From: an uncultured Gammaproteobacteria bacterium
GTDB taxonomy: Bacteria; Patescibacteriota; Patescibacteriia; Magasanikbacterales; UBA922
Assembly: GCA_964447765.1 (NCBI GenBank)
Contig: CAYUTO010000003.1
Location: forward strand, 8,919 to 72,918
Length of the DNA stretch: 64,000 bases
Direction of reading: 5' to 3'
Shown piece after piece: positions 33,169 to 42,792 of the stretch (positions are counted from its first letter, which is position 1; each line of letters starts with the position of its first letter). Under the pieces are notes generated by a model. It was not told where the DNA came from. It worked only from the letters and a program-made list of their open reading frames with translations, and ran no database searches. The position numbers and the translations under genes were made by a program.

Positions 33169-33654
33169 TTAAACGGTTAAATCATTTTCCGATTTGATAT
33201 CTATAGCACTTTTGAGGAGTCTCTCTAGAATCGCAGCAAATACCGCAATGGTCATTGGAATACCTGCTATACCCATTCCAAAGATTATCAGGCCCGGCGC
33301 ATCATCTAGTTCTGCGATTGGAAATAATAGTGGGACAAATGCAATAAATATAACCGTGATACCAATCGCGCAATGTTTTATATTCTTTAGAGCCTTTACC
33401 GACAACTCTGAAAAAGCTTTATTCCGATCAATGTAGTGTAGTAGTTTGAGTGATTGCCAGAGTGCAACATAGAACGGTATTGCAGCAATGTAGAGGCCAA
33501 TTATGATTAGAAATACAGACTGAGCGGCATAAGGAAACTCCGCAGACCCACCCTTCCACATACTCGGTAGGGCAAAAATACATAATGCGAGCACTCCTAA
33601 CCCGATCAAGAGAATTACCAGTCGGAGGAAGTGTGTTGAACCTCGTTTGATCAT
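33169..33654 (-). CDS. DUF2975-family membrane protein, copy 2
   Basis: 161 aa; four TM helices; ends ...IDIKSENDLTV. Confidence 0.65.
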   Translation of the reverse strand: MIKRGSTHFLRLVILLIGLGVLALCIFALPSMWKGGSAEFPYAAQSVFLIIIGLYIAAIPFYVALWQSLKLLHYIDRNKAFSELSVKALKNIKHCAIGITVIFIAFVPLLFPIAELDDAPGLIIFGMGIAGIPMTIAVFAAILERLLKSAIDIKSENDLTV

Positions 33655-33799
33655 AGTATGAAATTAATATTTAAAACTATACCTTACTATTTATCGTTTG
33701 TCAATATATTATTATTGTTAATAAAACCTTCTCTCTTTGTCCAAAAGCTGATTTTCTGATATAGTAGTCTTTCGCTTATCACATACCTAAACATACTAT

Positions 33800-35083
33800 A
33801 TGAAATATTCTATATTAGCGAAAACTATATTTTTACTTGTATGTTCCCTCGTACTCACTCCAACAGTACAAGCAGCAAATTCAAATTGGGCACGGAATTA
33901 CTGGGGTCGCTCGAACGGCATACAGGAAAAGATTGAAGCACTCTCAGGCACTGTCGTGGCTTCGGTTCCCGTACCTATCCTGTTTGGCGTGGGATTGAAA
34001 AATATCTCACCTAATTTTGGTGACCCACGCTCGGGCGGACGCAGCCATGAAGGAGAAGATATTATGGCAGTCAAAGGAACTCCTATCATCTCTCCTACTG
34101 ATGCGGTAGTTCTCCGAACCGGTGAAGGTCCCACTGAAGGATTGTATGTATATACTGCAAATCCTGGCGGAGAAACTTTTGTCTATATGCATCTGGATCG
34201 TATTGGCGAGGGAGTAGAGCCAGGTACCGCCCTCACCCGCGGTTCTCTTATCGGTTATGTAGGAAATACCGGAAATGCCTCAGGTGGAGCAGCTCATCTA
34301 CATTTTGAAATACACGATAATGGAGGCGACCCAACTGACCCATATCCTCGAATTACCACCGAATTTACCGTTACTGAGAAAATGATTGCTCTTGAGGCAA
34401 TTCTTCTGAAAACTACAGATAGTGCAGCACTTGCCGAATTTTTGGTATCGAATTTTAAAAGTACTTTCACGAGCGCACAAACTGCAGGCAACACTATCCC
34501 CCCTGCAATTACCCAAGCATTAGGGGCAGCTACCACAAACGCACTTCCCCAAAGTGATCTTGCACAAGGATCAACTGGTGGACTTGTAGTGACGCTCCAA
34601 AAATTTCTCATACAGGCAAATGCTGGAGCGTCAGCAAGGCAGCTTGCAGCCGCTGGGGCCACAGGTAATTTTGGACCGCTCACCCGTGCAGCAGTAGCCG
34701 AATACCAAGGCAGTATTGGTATTCCAGTCACCGGAGTCTATGATTCTGCAATGAGAATTTCTATTTCAAACCCATCCACACCAACTCCCCAGCCAACAAT
34801 CACCACTCCAACCCCTACTTCTGTAATTTCTGGTACTCAATTTACTCGTAACTTGGCACGAAACATGAGTGACGTTGACGTACGCACCCTCCAGCAAATA
34901 TTAAATGCACAAGGATTTATTGTTGCAGCCAGTGGAGCTGGTTCACCAGGAAATGAAACACTCTATTTTGGCACAGCAACTGAAGCTGCGGTAAAAAAAT
35001 TCCAAGCAGCACAAGGTATTTCTCCTATTTCCGGCTATGTAGGACCTCTTACACGCACAGCACTTAATAGTCTAGTAAACTAA
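33800..35083 (+). CDS. Secreted M23-family metallopeptidase with two C-terminal peptidoglycan-binding (PG_binding_1-like) repeats
   Basis: Signal peptide ...VQAAN; HEGEDI and HLHFEIH zinc motifs; two repeats of the G.LTRAA../GPLTRTAL type. Confidence 0.8.
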   Translation: MKYSILAKTIFLLVCSLVLTPTVQAANSNWARNYWGRSNGIQEKIEALSGTVVASVPVPILFGVGLKNISPNFGDPRSGGRSHEGEDIMAVKGTPIISPTDAVVLRTGEGPTEGLYVYTANPGGETFVYMHLDRIGEGVEPGTALTRGSLIGYVGNTGNASGGAAHLHFEIHDNGGDPTDPYPRITTEFTVTEKMIALEAILLKTTDSAALAEFLVSNFKSTFTSAQTAGNTIPPAITQALGAATTNALPQSDLAQGSTGGLVVTLQKFLIQANAGASARQLAAAGATGNFGPLTRAAVAEYQGSIGIPVTGVYDSAMRISISNPSTPTPQPTITTPTPTSVISGTQFTRNLARNMSDVDVRTLQQILNAQGFIVAASGAGSPGNETLYFGTATEAAVKKFQAAQGISPISGYVGPLTRTALNSLVN

Positions 35084-35167
35084 GAGGGTAGTAAGTCTAC
35101 ACACCAACAGTATACACAGACGGTTCTTTTTGGGGTATACTTTTTGTACCCTACATAACCTATTCGT

Positions 35168-36154
35168 ATGAGTACACTTTCCATCAACAAAAAATCCCTT
35201 TCTGTGGTTATATTGCTTTTTTTTGTAATGGTAGGACTGATTATATACTTTGCTTTATTTCACAAACACACAGATGACAACAACCCTCTTGATTGTTCAA
35301 AATACCCTTTTATCAACAAAACCATTGACTGTACACTTATTGACACCCAATACTCCCATACCAAATATCTTGATTCTAAAATACAAAAAATAATTGATGA
35401 AGAGCAAGATGCTGGCCATATTACCCAAGCGTCGGTTTTTTACCGTGATTTGAATACTCGCCAATGGTTTGGAATTAATGAGAATGTAAACTTCTATGCG
35501 GCCAGTCTCCTCAAATTACCCATTTCAATGGTTTATTTCAAACTAGCAGACATTGATGAACAATTGTTAAACCAAAAAATAACCATACCCAAAGAAGAAG
35601 CGGATGTGAACTTAGGTCAATTTTTCAAACCTACACATGTTTTTAAAAACGATACAGAATACTCCATACACGAACTTATCCGAGGGATGCTCATATATTC
35701 CGATAACACACCTCTAGTCAGTCTTAATACATTTATCAACACATCAATTCGAGGAGAAATATTAAAAGATTTAGGCATACAATTTAGAGAAAATAATTTC
35801 AACGAACCCATACCAGAAATTGACGTCAAAATTTATGCAAATATCCTACGACAATTGTATAATTCTTCATACCTCAATCTTGAACATTCGAACACACTCC
35901 TCGACTATTTATCTCAAACCACTTTTTCAGAAGGTATTGTAGCTGGTGTTCCAAAACACACCCCCGTCTCTCATAAATTTGGACAAGCAACCCTCGAAGA
36001 CGGATACGGTGGCGGACGACACATACTTCATGATTGCGGTATCATATACAGACCAGATAGACCTTATATTATCTGCATCATGACCGAAGGACATGATTAC
36101 AGCCAACTCACTAATGTGATCAAACGAATCACAGAGGCTTCATACAAACTCTAA
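35168..36154 (+). CDS. Membrane-anchored class-A beta-lactamase-like serine hydrolase
   Basis: N-terminal TM helix; S-x-x-K candidate AASLLK, SDN motif YSDNT, KFG in place of KTG. Confidence 0.6.
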   Translation: MSTLSINKKSLSVVILLFFVMVGLIIYFALFHKHTDDNNPLDCSKYPFINKTIDCTLIDTQYSHTKYLDSKIQKIIDEEQDAGHITQASVFYRDLNTRQWFGINENVNFYAASLLKLPISMVYFKLADIDEQLLNQKITIPKEEADVNLGQFFKPTHVFKNDTEYSIHELIRGMLIYSDNTPLVSLNTFINTSIRGEILKDLGIQFRENNFNEPIPEIDVKIYANILRQLYNSSYLNLEHSNTLLDYLSQTTFSEGIVAGVPKHTPVSHKFGQATLEDGYGGGRHILHDCGIIYRPDRPYIICIMTEGHDYSQLTNVIKRITEASYKL

Positions 36155-36297
36155 ACATACGACGATTTTAAGCTACTTATTATTTATCAAAACCTAATAA
36201 AATTGCCTCTGTCTAGAGGCTTTTTTTATTACCGAGGTCTTGAAATTTTTACACACAGCAGCTATACTCGAGCGACGTTTCTTAATCTTTTGCTTGC

Positions 36298-36642
36298 ATG
36301 CACACACATCACGCGATTAATTACATTGAATTTCCTGCAGATAATCTTGCATTGGTTAAGAAATTTTACACTGCAGTGTTCGACTGGAAATTTACTGACT
36401 ATGGCCCTACCTATACCTCGTTTACGGATGGCCATCTTGATGGCGGGTTTACTGCCGGTACACCATCAGGAAGTAATGGTCCACTAGTTATTGTGTATTC
36501 AGAAAATCTCGAAGCTTCACTTACCACTATCACCGACTGTGGCGGTGAAATTACAAAATCTATTTACTCGTTCCCTGGAGGAAGACGGTTCCATTTTAGA
36601 GATCCTGCAGGAAATGAACTTGCTGTCTGGTCTGACCGATAA
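36298..36642 (+). CDS. VOC-family (glyoxalase-like) protein
   Basis: 114 aa; a single VOC domain. Confidence 0.6.
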   Translation: MHTHHAINYIEFPADNLALVKKFYTAVFDWKFTDYGPTYTSFTDGHLDGGFTAGTPSGSNGPLVIVYSENLEASLTTITDCGGEITKSIYSFPGGRRFHFRDPAGNELAVWSDR

Positions 36643-36654
36643 ATTAACCATTAT

Positions 36655-37944
36655 ATGAAAACCTATTTTCAATTACTCGGAAACTCGCTCATTATTTCTA
36701 TCACCAATACCTTTGTGTGGTTTTCAGTCAGTTTCTGGGCATATCTCGAAACTGGTGCGGTGATTGCAACGTCAATCATGTCAGGAATATTTTTGGTCAG
36801 CGTTGCTGTCTCGGGCTTTTGGCTCGGCTCGATTGTTGATCACCACAAGAAAAAAACCGCAATGATCATTTCAAATATTGGTACATTGATTTTTTTTGGA
36901 GCAGCGTTCGTTTTCTACACCATTATGCGCGGAGGATCTTTTGCCTCAATTACCAATCCCGCCTTCTGGATTTTTGTCATACTCATCCTATTTGGCGTCA
37001 TTGCAGGAAACATCAGAAACATTGCAATGCCAACCGTGACCACAATTCTCGTTCCTGCTGAAAAAAGAGATAGAGTAAACGGACTTCTTGGAATGGTGAT
37101 GGGGCTTTCGTTCGCCGTCTCATCAGTTGCTGCAGGACTTGGACTTGGTTTTCTTGGATTATTCTGGATATTACTTATTGGGCTTTCACTCTCAGTAATT
37201 GGACTTATTCACCTCTCCATACTTTCTATCCCTGAAAAAGAAATAATACACACGGCAGAGAAACCAAAAGAAGTGGATATCAAAGGAACAATCAAAGTCA
37301 TCAAATCTATCCCTGGGCTTTTCCCCCTCATCTTCTTTACCACTTTCAATAATTTCCTCGGTGGCGTATTCATGTCGCTTATGGATCCCTACGGACTGTC
37401 GCTTGTTTCAATCCAAGTATGGGGAACTCTCTGGGGATTCCTGAGTCTCGGATTTATCTTTGGAGGATTATATATTGCAAAAAAAGGCCTAGGACCTACA
37501 CCCCTCAAACAATTATTTACCATTAACACGATTCTCTGGATTGATTGTATTCTCTTCACTATCCAACCTTCGATTGTTCTCCTCTCCATCGGAATGATTG
37601 TGTATATCTGTCTCGTACCCTTTGTTGAAGCAACTGAACAGACTATTATACAAAAAGTAGTACCTGTTGAACGTCAAGGCCGAGTATTTGGCTTTGCACA
37701 GAGTATTGAAATGGCAGCATCCCCCGTGACCGCATTTATGATTGGTCCTATCGCCCAATTCATTTTTATCCCATTTATGACCACAGGAAAAGGAGTTGAA
37801 TTGATCGGTTCATGGTTTGGTGTAGGTCCTGGACGAGGGATTGCGCTCGTATTTATGGCTGCAGGGGTCATCGGACTTATCGTCACAACAATAGCTCGGA
37901 GGTCAAAATCGTATAAGTTATTGGGGGAAAAATATTCAAGTTGA
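36655..37944 (+). CDS. MFS transporter
   Basis: 429 aa; 12 predicted TM helices. Confidence 0.75.
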   Translation: MKTYFQLLGNSLIISITNTFVWFSVSFWAYLETGAVIATSIMSGIFLVSVAVSGFWLGSIVDHHKKKTAMIISNIGTLIFFGAAFVFYTIMRGGSFASITNPAFWIFVILILFGVIAGNIRNIAMPTVTTILVPAEKRDRVNGLLGMVMGLSFAVSSVAAGLGLGFLGLFWILLIGLSLSVIGLIHLSILSIPEKEIIHTAEKPKEVDIKGTIKVIKSIPGLFPLIFFTTFNNFLGGVFMSLMDPYGLSLVSIQVWGTLWGFLSLGFIFGGLYIAKKGLGPTPLKQLFTINTILWIDCILFTIQPSIVLLSIGMIVYICLVPFVEATEQTIIQKVVPVERQGRVFGFAQSIEMAASPVTAFMIGPIAQFIFIPFMTTGKGVELIGSWFGVGPGRGIALVFMAAGVIGLIVTTIARRSKSYKLLGEKYSS

Positions 37945-38172
37945 TAGAGCCAAAAAATAGTCGATAGTGGAAGCCATGCACACTTTATGCTATACTTTCC
38001 CCATTAATAATTAATATATCCATCTATGGCACAAGAATCTCACAGAAAAAAAGATGTAAAGAAGCCAAAGAAAAATAAGAAGAAGAAATAGTTTCTTATT
38101 TTCTAAAAATATCCTGATCAAATCAGGGTATTTTTTATTACCTCGAAATAACCCCCATTTGGAGCTATCCTA

Positions 38173-38201
38173 TTGACAAAACAGTCAATATAGTGTATAG
38201 T
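38173..38201 (+). promoter_or_regulatory. Sigma70-like promoter TTGACA-17-TATAGT for the cold-shock protein, with a ~75-nt leader
   Basis: ATTGACAAAACAGTCAATATAGTGTATAGT read directly from the sequence. Confidence 0.45.
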
Positions 38202-38275
38202 TAGCCCAATGTGTAACCACATACGAAAAACAGAGTCGAGTTTCTCGGATTAGCAATTTCATAAAAAACAAATTT

Positions 38276-38473
38276 ATGACAGGTACTATCAAGACCCTTA
38301 CTGATAAAGGATTTGGATTTATCGCTCGCGATGGCGAAGCGAAAGATCTTTTCTTTCATTCAAAGTCATTGGTTGGTGTAACTTACGACGAGTTGAAAGT
38401 TGGAGACGTTCTTACTTTCGAAGTAGTTGATGGCGAAAAAGGCCCAGCTGCAACAAACGTATCTCGAGCGTAA
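38276..38473 (+). CDS. Cold-shock protein (CspA family)
   Basis: 65 aa; KGFGFI (RNP1) and a FFHSK-like RNP2 region. Confidence 0.9.
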   Translation: MTGTIKTLTDKGFGFIARDGEAKDLFFHSKSLVGVTYDELKVGDVLTFEVVDGEKGPAATNVSRA

Positions 38474-38487
38474 TAGCTTACCCAAGC

Positions 38488-38523
38488 AAAAAAAATATCC
38501 TCTTCGGAGGATATTTTTTTTAT
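38488..38523 (+). terminator. Intrinsic terminator after csp
   Basis: AATATCCTC-ttcg-GAGGATATTTTTTTTT. Confidence 0.75.
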
Positions 38524-38605
38524 TTCCAAAATTACACACAATTTTTTTCAAGTTACCTCTTCGCGAAAAAACACATATTTGATATACTATGCTCAATCTT
38601 ATTGT

Positions 38606-38842
38606 ATGCCAAAAAAGAAAAAAGTTAGACGACGTTCGCACATCTTGCAGTATTTTGCAAAAAATTTTGCCATTGTTCTTGGCATGGTATTTATCTGGCG
38701 AGGTATTTGGTATGCCCTCGATTACATCGACAATCTGATTTTTGATGGACAGCATATTGTGACTGCAGTACTCGGGATTATGTTTGGATTCACCCTACTC
38801 TACCTCCCCGATCATGATCTTGATGAAATCAAGGAATTATAA
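38606..38842 (+). CDS. Small two-TM membrane protein (78 aa)
   Basis: The track ORF begins at a TTG (38579); the ATG at 38606 gives MPKKKKVRRRSHIL... followed by two hydrophobic helices. Confidence 0.45.
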   Translation: MPKKKKVRRRSHILQYFAKNFAIVLGMVFIWRGIWYALDYIDNLIFDGQHIVTAVLGIMFGFTLLYLPDHDLDEIKEL

Positions 38843-38853
38843 ATCTTCCTCAC

Positions 38854-39429
38854 ATGTTATTTTCAGTTATTATCCCTACCGACCATCGTACGCGTGGAAT
38901 TACTCATGCGCTTTCTTCGCTTATGCTCCAGACCCATCCACACTGGGAAGCAATAATTGTGGATAATGAATTGGAAGAAAAATATACCTCTCATGTTCAT
39001 TCACTACAAAGTGAAGACAAGCGCATCCGTTATATCAAAAAGCCCTATCGAAACTTGAGTGAAGCACGGGCATGGGGAATCAGTGCTGCACGCGGCGATA
39101 TCATCACTTTTATTGAAGGTAATGATTATTTTTCACCCACACATCTGCAGACGCATCATGACTTCTTTACTTCCAACCCTCGTCTGGACATGCTGCTCGG
39201 GAAACCCACCATTATAGGGAGTCCTTATATTGAAAACACTCATATCCACCACAAGCCTGTGCACGGTACATTTTTTATTCGTGAACAGGTATTTGATACG
39301 ATACAACAATTACCTGGGATAGAGCTCGGTCACGACGAGGCCCTCTATGACCAGATAAGAAATAGTGGATTTGTTACCAAAAAAATTGCAATGCCAACCT
39401 ATGTCTACGACCGAACACACAGCGTATAA
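38854..39429 (+). CDS. Glycosyltransferase family 2-like protein (short)
   Basis: SVIIPT start and an acidic DNE motif, typical of GT2 N-termini. Confidence 0.55.
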   Translation: MLFSVIIPTDHRTRGITHALSSLMLQTHPHWEAIIVDNELEEKYTSHVHSLQSEDKRIRYIKKPYRNLSEARAWGISAARGDIITFIEGNDYFSPTHLQTHHDFFTSNPRLDMLLGKPTIIGSPYIENTHIHHKPVHGTFFIREQVFDTIQQLPGIELGHDEALYDQIRNSGFVTKKIAMPTYVYDRTHSV

Positions 39430-40135
39430 GCGAATTGAAAAAGCTCTTCAAAAAGCAGGTAACAAAGAAAAAGCCGTATTCCTCAAACGGTTTTTTAAAA
39501 CTGACAAAGGCCAATATGGGTATGGTGATGAATTTATTGGAGTAACCGTTCCTGCACAGCGCTCAATTGCTCGGATGTATATTGATACTCCAGAAAACGC
39601 ACTTACGTTTCTACTCGCAAGCAAAATTCACGAATACCGCCTGACTGCGCTTATTATTCTCGTATACCAATTCAACCGCGGAAATCCTCTCATCCGTAAA
39701 AAAATTTATTCCTATTATCTTTCAAAAACTAAACGAATTAATAATTGGGATTTGGTCGATGCTTCTGCCCGGGACATTGTTGGTGGATATCTCCTCGATC
39801 ATCCCATAGAAAAAACCATATTACACAAACTTGCACAGTCAGAAAACCTATGGGAACGTCGGATTGCAATTGTAGCTACCTGGGCTTTTATTCGAAATAA
39901 TCAATTTCAAGATACCCTCAAAATTTCAAAAGTCTTACTCATGGACACGGAGGATCTCATACACAAGGCGGTCGGCTGGATGCTTCGAGAAGTGGGTAAG
40001 CGTGACCGCAGCGTACTCGCTCATTTCCTTGATACACATGCACATGAAATGCCCCGAACTGCCCTTCGATACGCGCTCGAACATTTCCCCAAAAAGGACC
40101 GAATTCGCTATATGAACATGAAAATTGACCCTTGA
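39401..40135 (+). CDS. DNA alkylation repair protein (AlkD/AlkC-like HEAT-repeat glycosylase family)
   Basis: Helical-repeat protein with ..WDLVD.., ..WERRIAIVAT.. and ..KAVGWMLREVGKRD.. blocks; start moved to 39401 to avoid a long overlap with the GT2 gene. Confidence 0.6.
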   Translation: MSTTEHTAYKRIEKALQKAGNKEKAVFLKRFFKTDKGQYGYGDEFIGVTVPAQRSIARMYIDTPENALTFLLASKIHEYRLTALIILVYQFNRGNPLIRKKIYSYYLSKTKRINNWDLVDASARDIVGGYLLDHPIEKTILHKLAQSENLWERRIAIVATWAFIRNNQFQDTLKISKVLLMDTEDLIHKAVGWMLREVGKRDRSVLAHFLDTHAHEMPRTALRYALEHFPKKDRIRYMNMKIDP

Positions 40136-40160
40136 TTTCTTTGCCAATTTATGCTATACT
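40132..40160 (+). promoter_or_regulatory. Sigma70-like promoter TTGATT-17-TATACT for the RRM protein gene, followed by a 163-nt GC-rich leader
   Basis: Read directly from the sequence. Confidence 0.4.
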
Positions 40161-40323
40161 GCTCTTGTGTAGGTTTTATAGAACTTTCGTCTAATAAAGG
40201 TACCGACTAATGCGCTTGTGCGGCGCCGCTCGACTTAGAGCTTGGGGATCAATCGACGAGAACATGAACCTTACAATGTATTAATCATTTCCTCATTCAG
40301 AGGAAGCAAAGAAATTGTAAATT

Positions 40324-40602
40324 ATGTCAAAACAGCTCTACGTTGGCGGACTGCCATACTCAAGTACTGAAGATTCTGTACGCGCTGCTTTCGAGCAGGC
40401 TGGTGCAGTAAGTTCAGTCAAGATCATGACCGATAAGTTTACCGGTCGATCACGAGGATTCGGATTTGTGGAAATGGCTGACGAAGCCGGTGCCGCTGCC
40501 GCAATCGAAATGTGGGACGACAAGGAATTCGAAGGACGACGCCTTAAAGTTAACGAGGCTCGACCACTCGAAGATCGCCCACCCCGCCGAGACGATCGCT
40601 AG
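40324..40602 (+). CDS. RRM-type RNA-binding protein
   Basis: 92 aa; RNP2 LYVGGL and RNP1 RGFGFVEM; Arg/Asp-rich tail. Confidence 0.85.
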   Translation: MSKQLYVGGLPYSSTEDSVRAAFEQAGAVSSVKIMTDKFTGRSRGFGFVEMADEAGAAAAIEMWDDKEFEGRRLKVNEARPLEDRPPRRDDR

Positions 40603-40798
40603 AAAGCGAGACGAAAGACAGGTACGCACAGCCTGTTTTTTTGTTGCCAAAAAAAACAACATACAAAATATATGGATAAATATACAATATTACTTGGCAG
40701 GACTTGTATGTTTTTCCATATATATATCGTATGTTAGAGAAGTTGATAAGCTCCCTGAAGATTGCTATACTCCAAACTGCTTTTAATATGTCTATCGT

Positions 40799-41584
40799 AT
40801 GTCTATTTCAATCATCTCCTGGAACGTCAACGGAATCCGTGCTGCAGTAAAAAAAGGCTTTACCACATTTCTTACCAAACAAAAGCCTGATATTTTGGGA
40901 ATTCAGGAAGTGAAAATTTCAAATGATGCACGAGAAAAAGAAGTGTTTGATTTTGAAGGTTATAGTGAACATTGGAATTCAGCTGAACGCCCGGGATACT
41001 CAGGAACTATGGCGTTGGTGGCTGAAAAAAAAGATAAAAATCTTGCGGTACTTTCCCATGAAACTGGAATTGGTAAAAAAGAATTTGATTTTGAAGGTCG
41101 AGTCCACACACTGGAATTTCCCAAGTTTTATTTTATCAATATTTATTTTCCTAATTCGAAACCTGACTTGTCACGTATTCCGTTCAAGCAGGAATTCAAT
41201 GCAATGGTTCTCGCAAAAGTAAAAAAACTCGAAAAGAAAAAACCTGTTATCGTCGTCGGAGATTACAATGTAGCACATAATGAAATTGATCTCGCTCGTC
41301 CAGATAGCAATCACAAAACTCATGGATTTACTGCAGAAGAACGAGCGGACATGACCACATTTCTCAAGAATGAGCTCGTCGACACCTTCCGCACCCTTCA
41401 TCCAGAAAAAGTACAATACAGCTGGTGGAGTCCAATGGCTGGAGCACGCACGAGAAACGTAGGCTGGCGGATTGATTATGTATTGGTAAGTAAAGTTCTT
41501 CAGAAGAAAGTGAAAAGTGCTTTTATTCTGGATCAGGTGTATGGATCGGATCATTGTCCGGTGGGAATTGAGATTGATTTATAA
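40799..41584 (+). CDS. xth: Exodeoxyribonuclease III (AP endonuclease, EEP fold)
   Basis: 261 aa; ISWNVNGIR start and a C-terminal SDHCPV motif. Confidence 0.9.
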   Translation: MSISIISWNVNGIRAAVKKGFTTFLTKQKPDILGIQEVKISNDAREKEVFDFEGYSEHWNSAERPGYSGTMALVAEKKDKNLAVLSHETGIGKKEFDFEGRVHTLEFPKFYFINIYFPNSKPDLSRIPFKQEFNAMVLAKVKKLEKKKPVIVVGDYNVAHNEIDLARPDSNHKTHGFTAEERADMTTFLKNELVDTFRTLHPEKVQYSWWSPMAGARTRNVGWRIDYVLVSKVLQKKVKSAFILDQVYGSDHCPVGIEIDL

Positions 41585-41631
41585 AAAATAAAAGTAAAAA
41601 CGAAAAAGGCAAAAGAAAAATACAAAATGTT

Positions 41632-42459
41632 ATGAAGCAAATACTTTCAACAAAACAAATCAGTCAATTTCAAAAAAAAGTTTACGATCACTACCACACA
41701 AACAAACGTGATTTTCCGTGGAGGAAAGGAATTACGCCATACAAAATTGTGGTATCAGAAATCATGCTTCAGCAGACCCAAGCTCCAAGAGTGGTAGAGA
41801 AATTTAAATTGTTTATCAAAACTTTTCCTAATTTTGAATCATTAGCCACAGCTCCTTTTAAAGATATTCTTACGGTCTGGCAGGGACTGGGGTACAATCG
41901 TAGAGCTTTAGGTCTAAAGAAGCTTGCGGAGATTATTGTTACCGAATATAAAAGAAAATTACCCAAAACTCCAGAAGAACTAGTGGGACTCCCCTGGATT
42001 GGACCACACACTGCAGGATCAATCGCAGCCTACGCCTATAATTATCCGAGTATTTTTATTGAAACCAATATCCGAAGTGTTTTTATACACGAATTTTTTG
42101 GTGATAAAACCGAAGTGACTGATACAGAATTACTGCCCTATATTGAAGCCGCTCTTGATGTCACCAAACCGCGAGAATGGTACAACGCGCTCATGGATTA
42201 TGGCACTATGCTCAAAGAGACAAACAAAAATCCGAGCAGACGAAGCAAACATTATGCCAAACAACCTAAATTTGAAGGTTCGAACAGAAAACTACGTGGA
42301 ATGATTCTCCGTGATATTACGAAAGGCCATACCACACATGAAGCACTATCTGATCTATATCTTGAAGAATACGACGAATCACAAGTAAAGGAAGCGCTAC
42401 TCAAACTCAGTAAAGAAGGATTGATAACCAAACACAAAAACATCTTCTCAATTGCGTAA
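41632..42459 (+). CDS. HhH-GPD base-excision glycosylase, MutY/Nth-like but without an Fe-S Cys cluster
   Basis: Helix-hairpin-helix LPWIGPHTAGSIAAYAY; no C-terminal cysteines. Confidence 0.7.
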   Translation: MKQILSTKQISQFQKKVYDHYHTNKRDFPWRKGITPYKIVVSEIMLQQTQAPRVVEKFKLFIKTFPNFESLATAPFKDILTVWQGLGYNRRALGLKKLAEIIVTEYKRKLPKTPEELVGLPWIGPHTAGSIAAYAYNYPSIFIETNIRSVFIHEFFGDKTEVTDTELLPYIEAALDVTKPREWYNALMDYGTMLKETNKNPSRRSKHYAKQPKFEGSNRKLRGMILRDITKGHTTHEALSDLYLEEYDESQVKEALLKLSKEGLITKHKNIFSIA

Positions 42460-42463
42460 TCAT

Positions 42464-42492
42464 TGACAACAGAGGTATCAATGCGATATAAC
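42464..42492 (+). promoter_or_regulatory. Sigma70-like promoter ATTGACAA-17-ATATAA
   Basis: TTGACA at 42464..42469 directly after the stop of the upstream gene. Confidence 0.35.
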
Positions 42493-42524
42493 CCTCTATA
42501 GACCTTTATGTGGAGGACCCCCGC

Positions 42525-42737
42525 ATGTTGTCGACTTCAAAAGTCCCGACTCTTACCACTGCGTTAGCAGTCATCCTCCTCATCGTTGGACTGGCGATCA
42601 TGGTGACTGCCGTTTACTATGATGTCACGAACGATCTGGGGACGGACACTGAAATGGAACGTGCTTTCTTCTTGGGACTCGGATGTTTCATCACTTCCTA
42701 TCTCATCGCCCCAACTCCCAAGCGCCACCACCAGTGA
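42525..42737 (+). CDS. GC-rich small membrane protein (70 aa)
   Basis: The track ORF starts at a GTG (42510); the ATG at 42525 has GGAGGA 7 nt upstream; two hydrophobic helices; GC-rich codons. Confidence 0.45.
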   Translation: MLSTSKVPTLTTALAVILLIVGLAIMVTAVYYDVTNDLGTDTEMERAFFLGLGCFITSYLIAPTPKRHHQ

Positions 42738-42748
42738 TGCTCTACAAC

Positions 42749-42786
42749 AAAAAGCCCGGACTGGATGTCCGGGCCTTCCTTTTTTA
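42749..42786. terminator. Bidirectional intrinsic terminator
   Basis: AAAAAGCCCGGAC-tggat-GTCCGGGC followed by a T-run. Confidence 0.75.
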
Positions 42787-42792
42787 TATTCG

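Noticed and set aside
36203-36487. 94-aa ORF overlapping the start of the VOC-family gene
   Set aside because: An out-of-frame overlap with a better-supported VOC-domain ORF (36298..36642) that has a clean N-terminus.
38024-38086. 20-aa Lys-rich mini-ORF MAQESHRKKDVKKPKKNKKKK
   Set aside because: Just an A-rich run in an intergenic region; no SD; too short to support.
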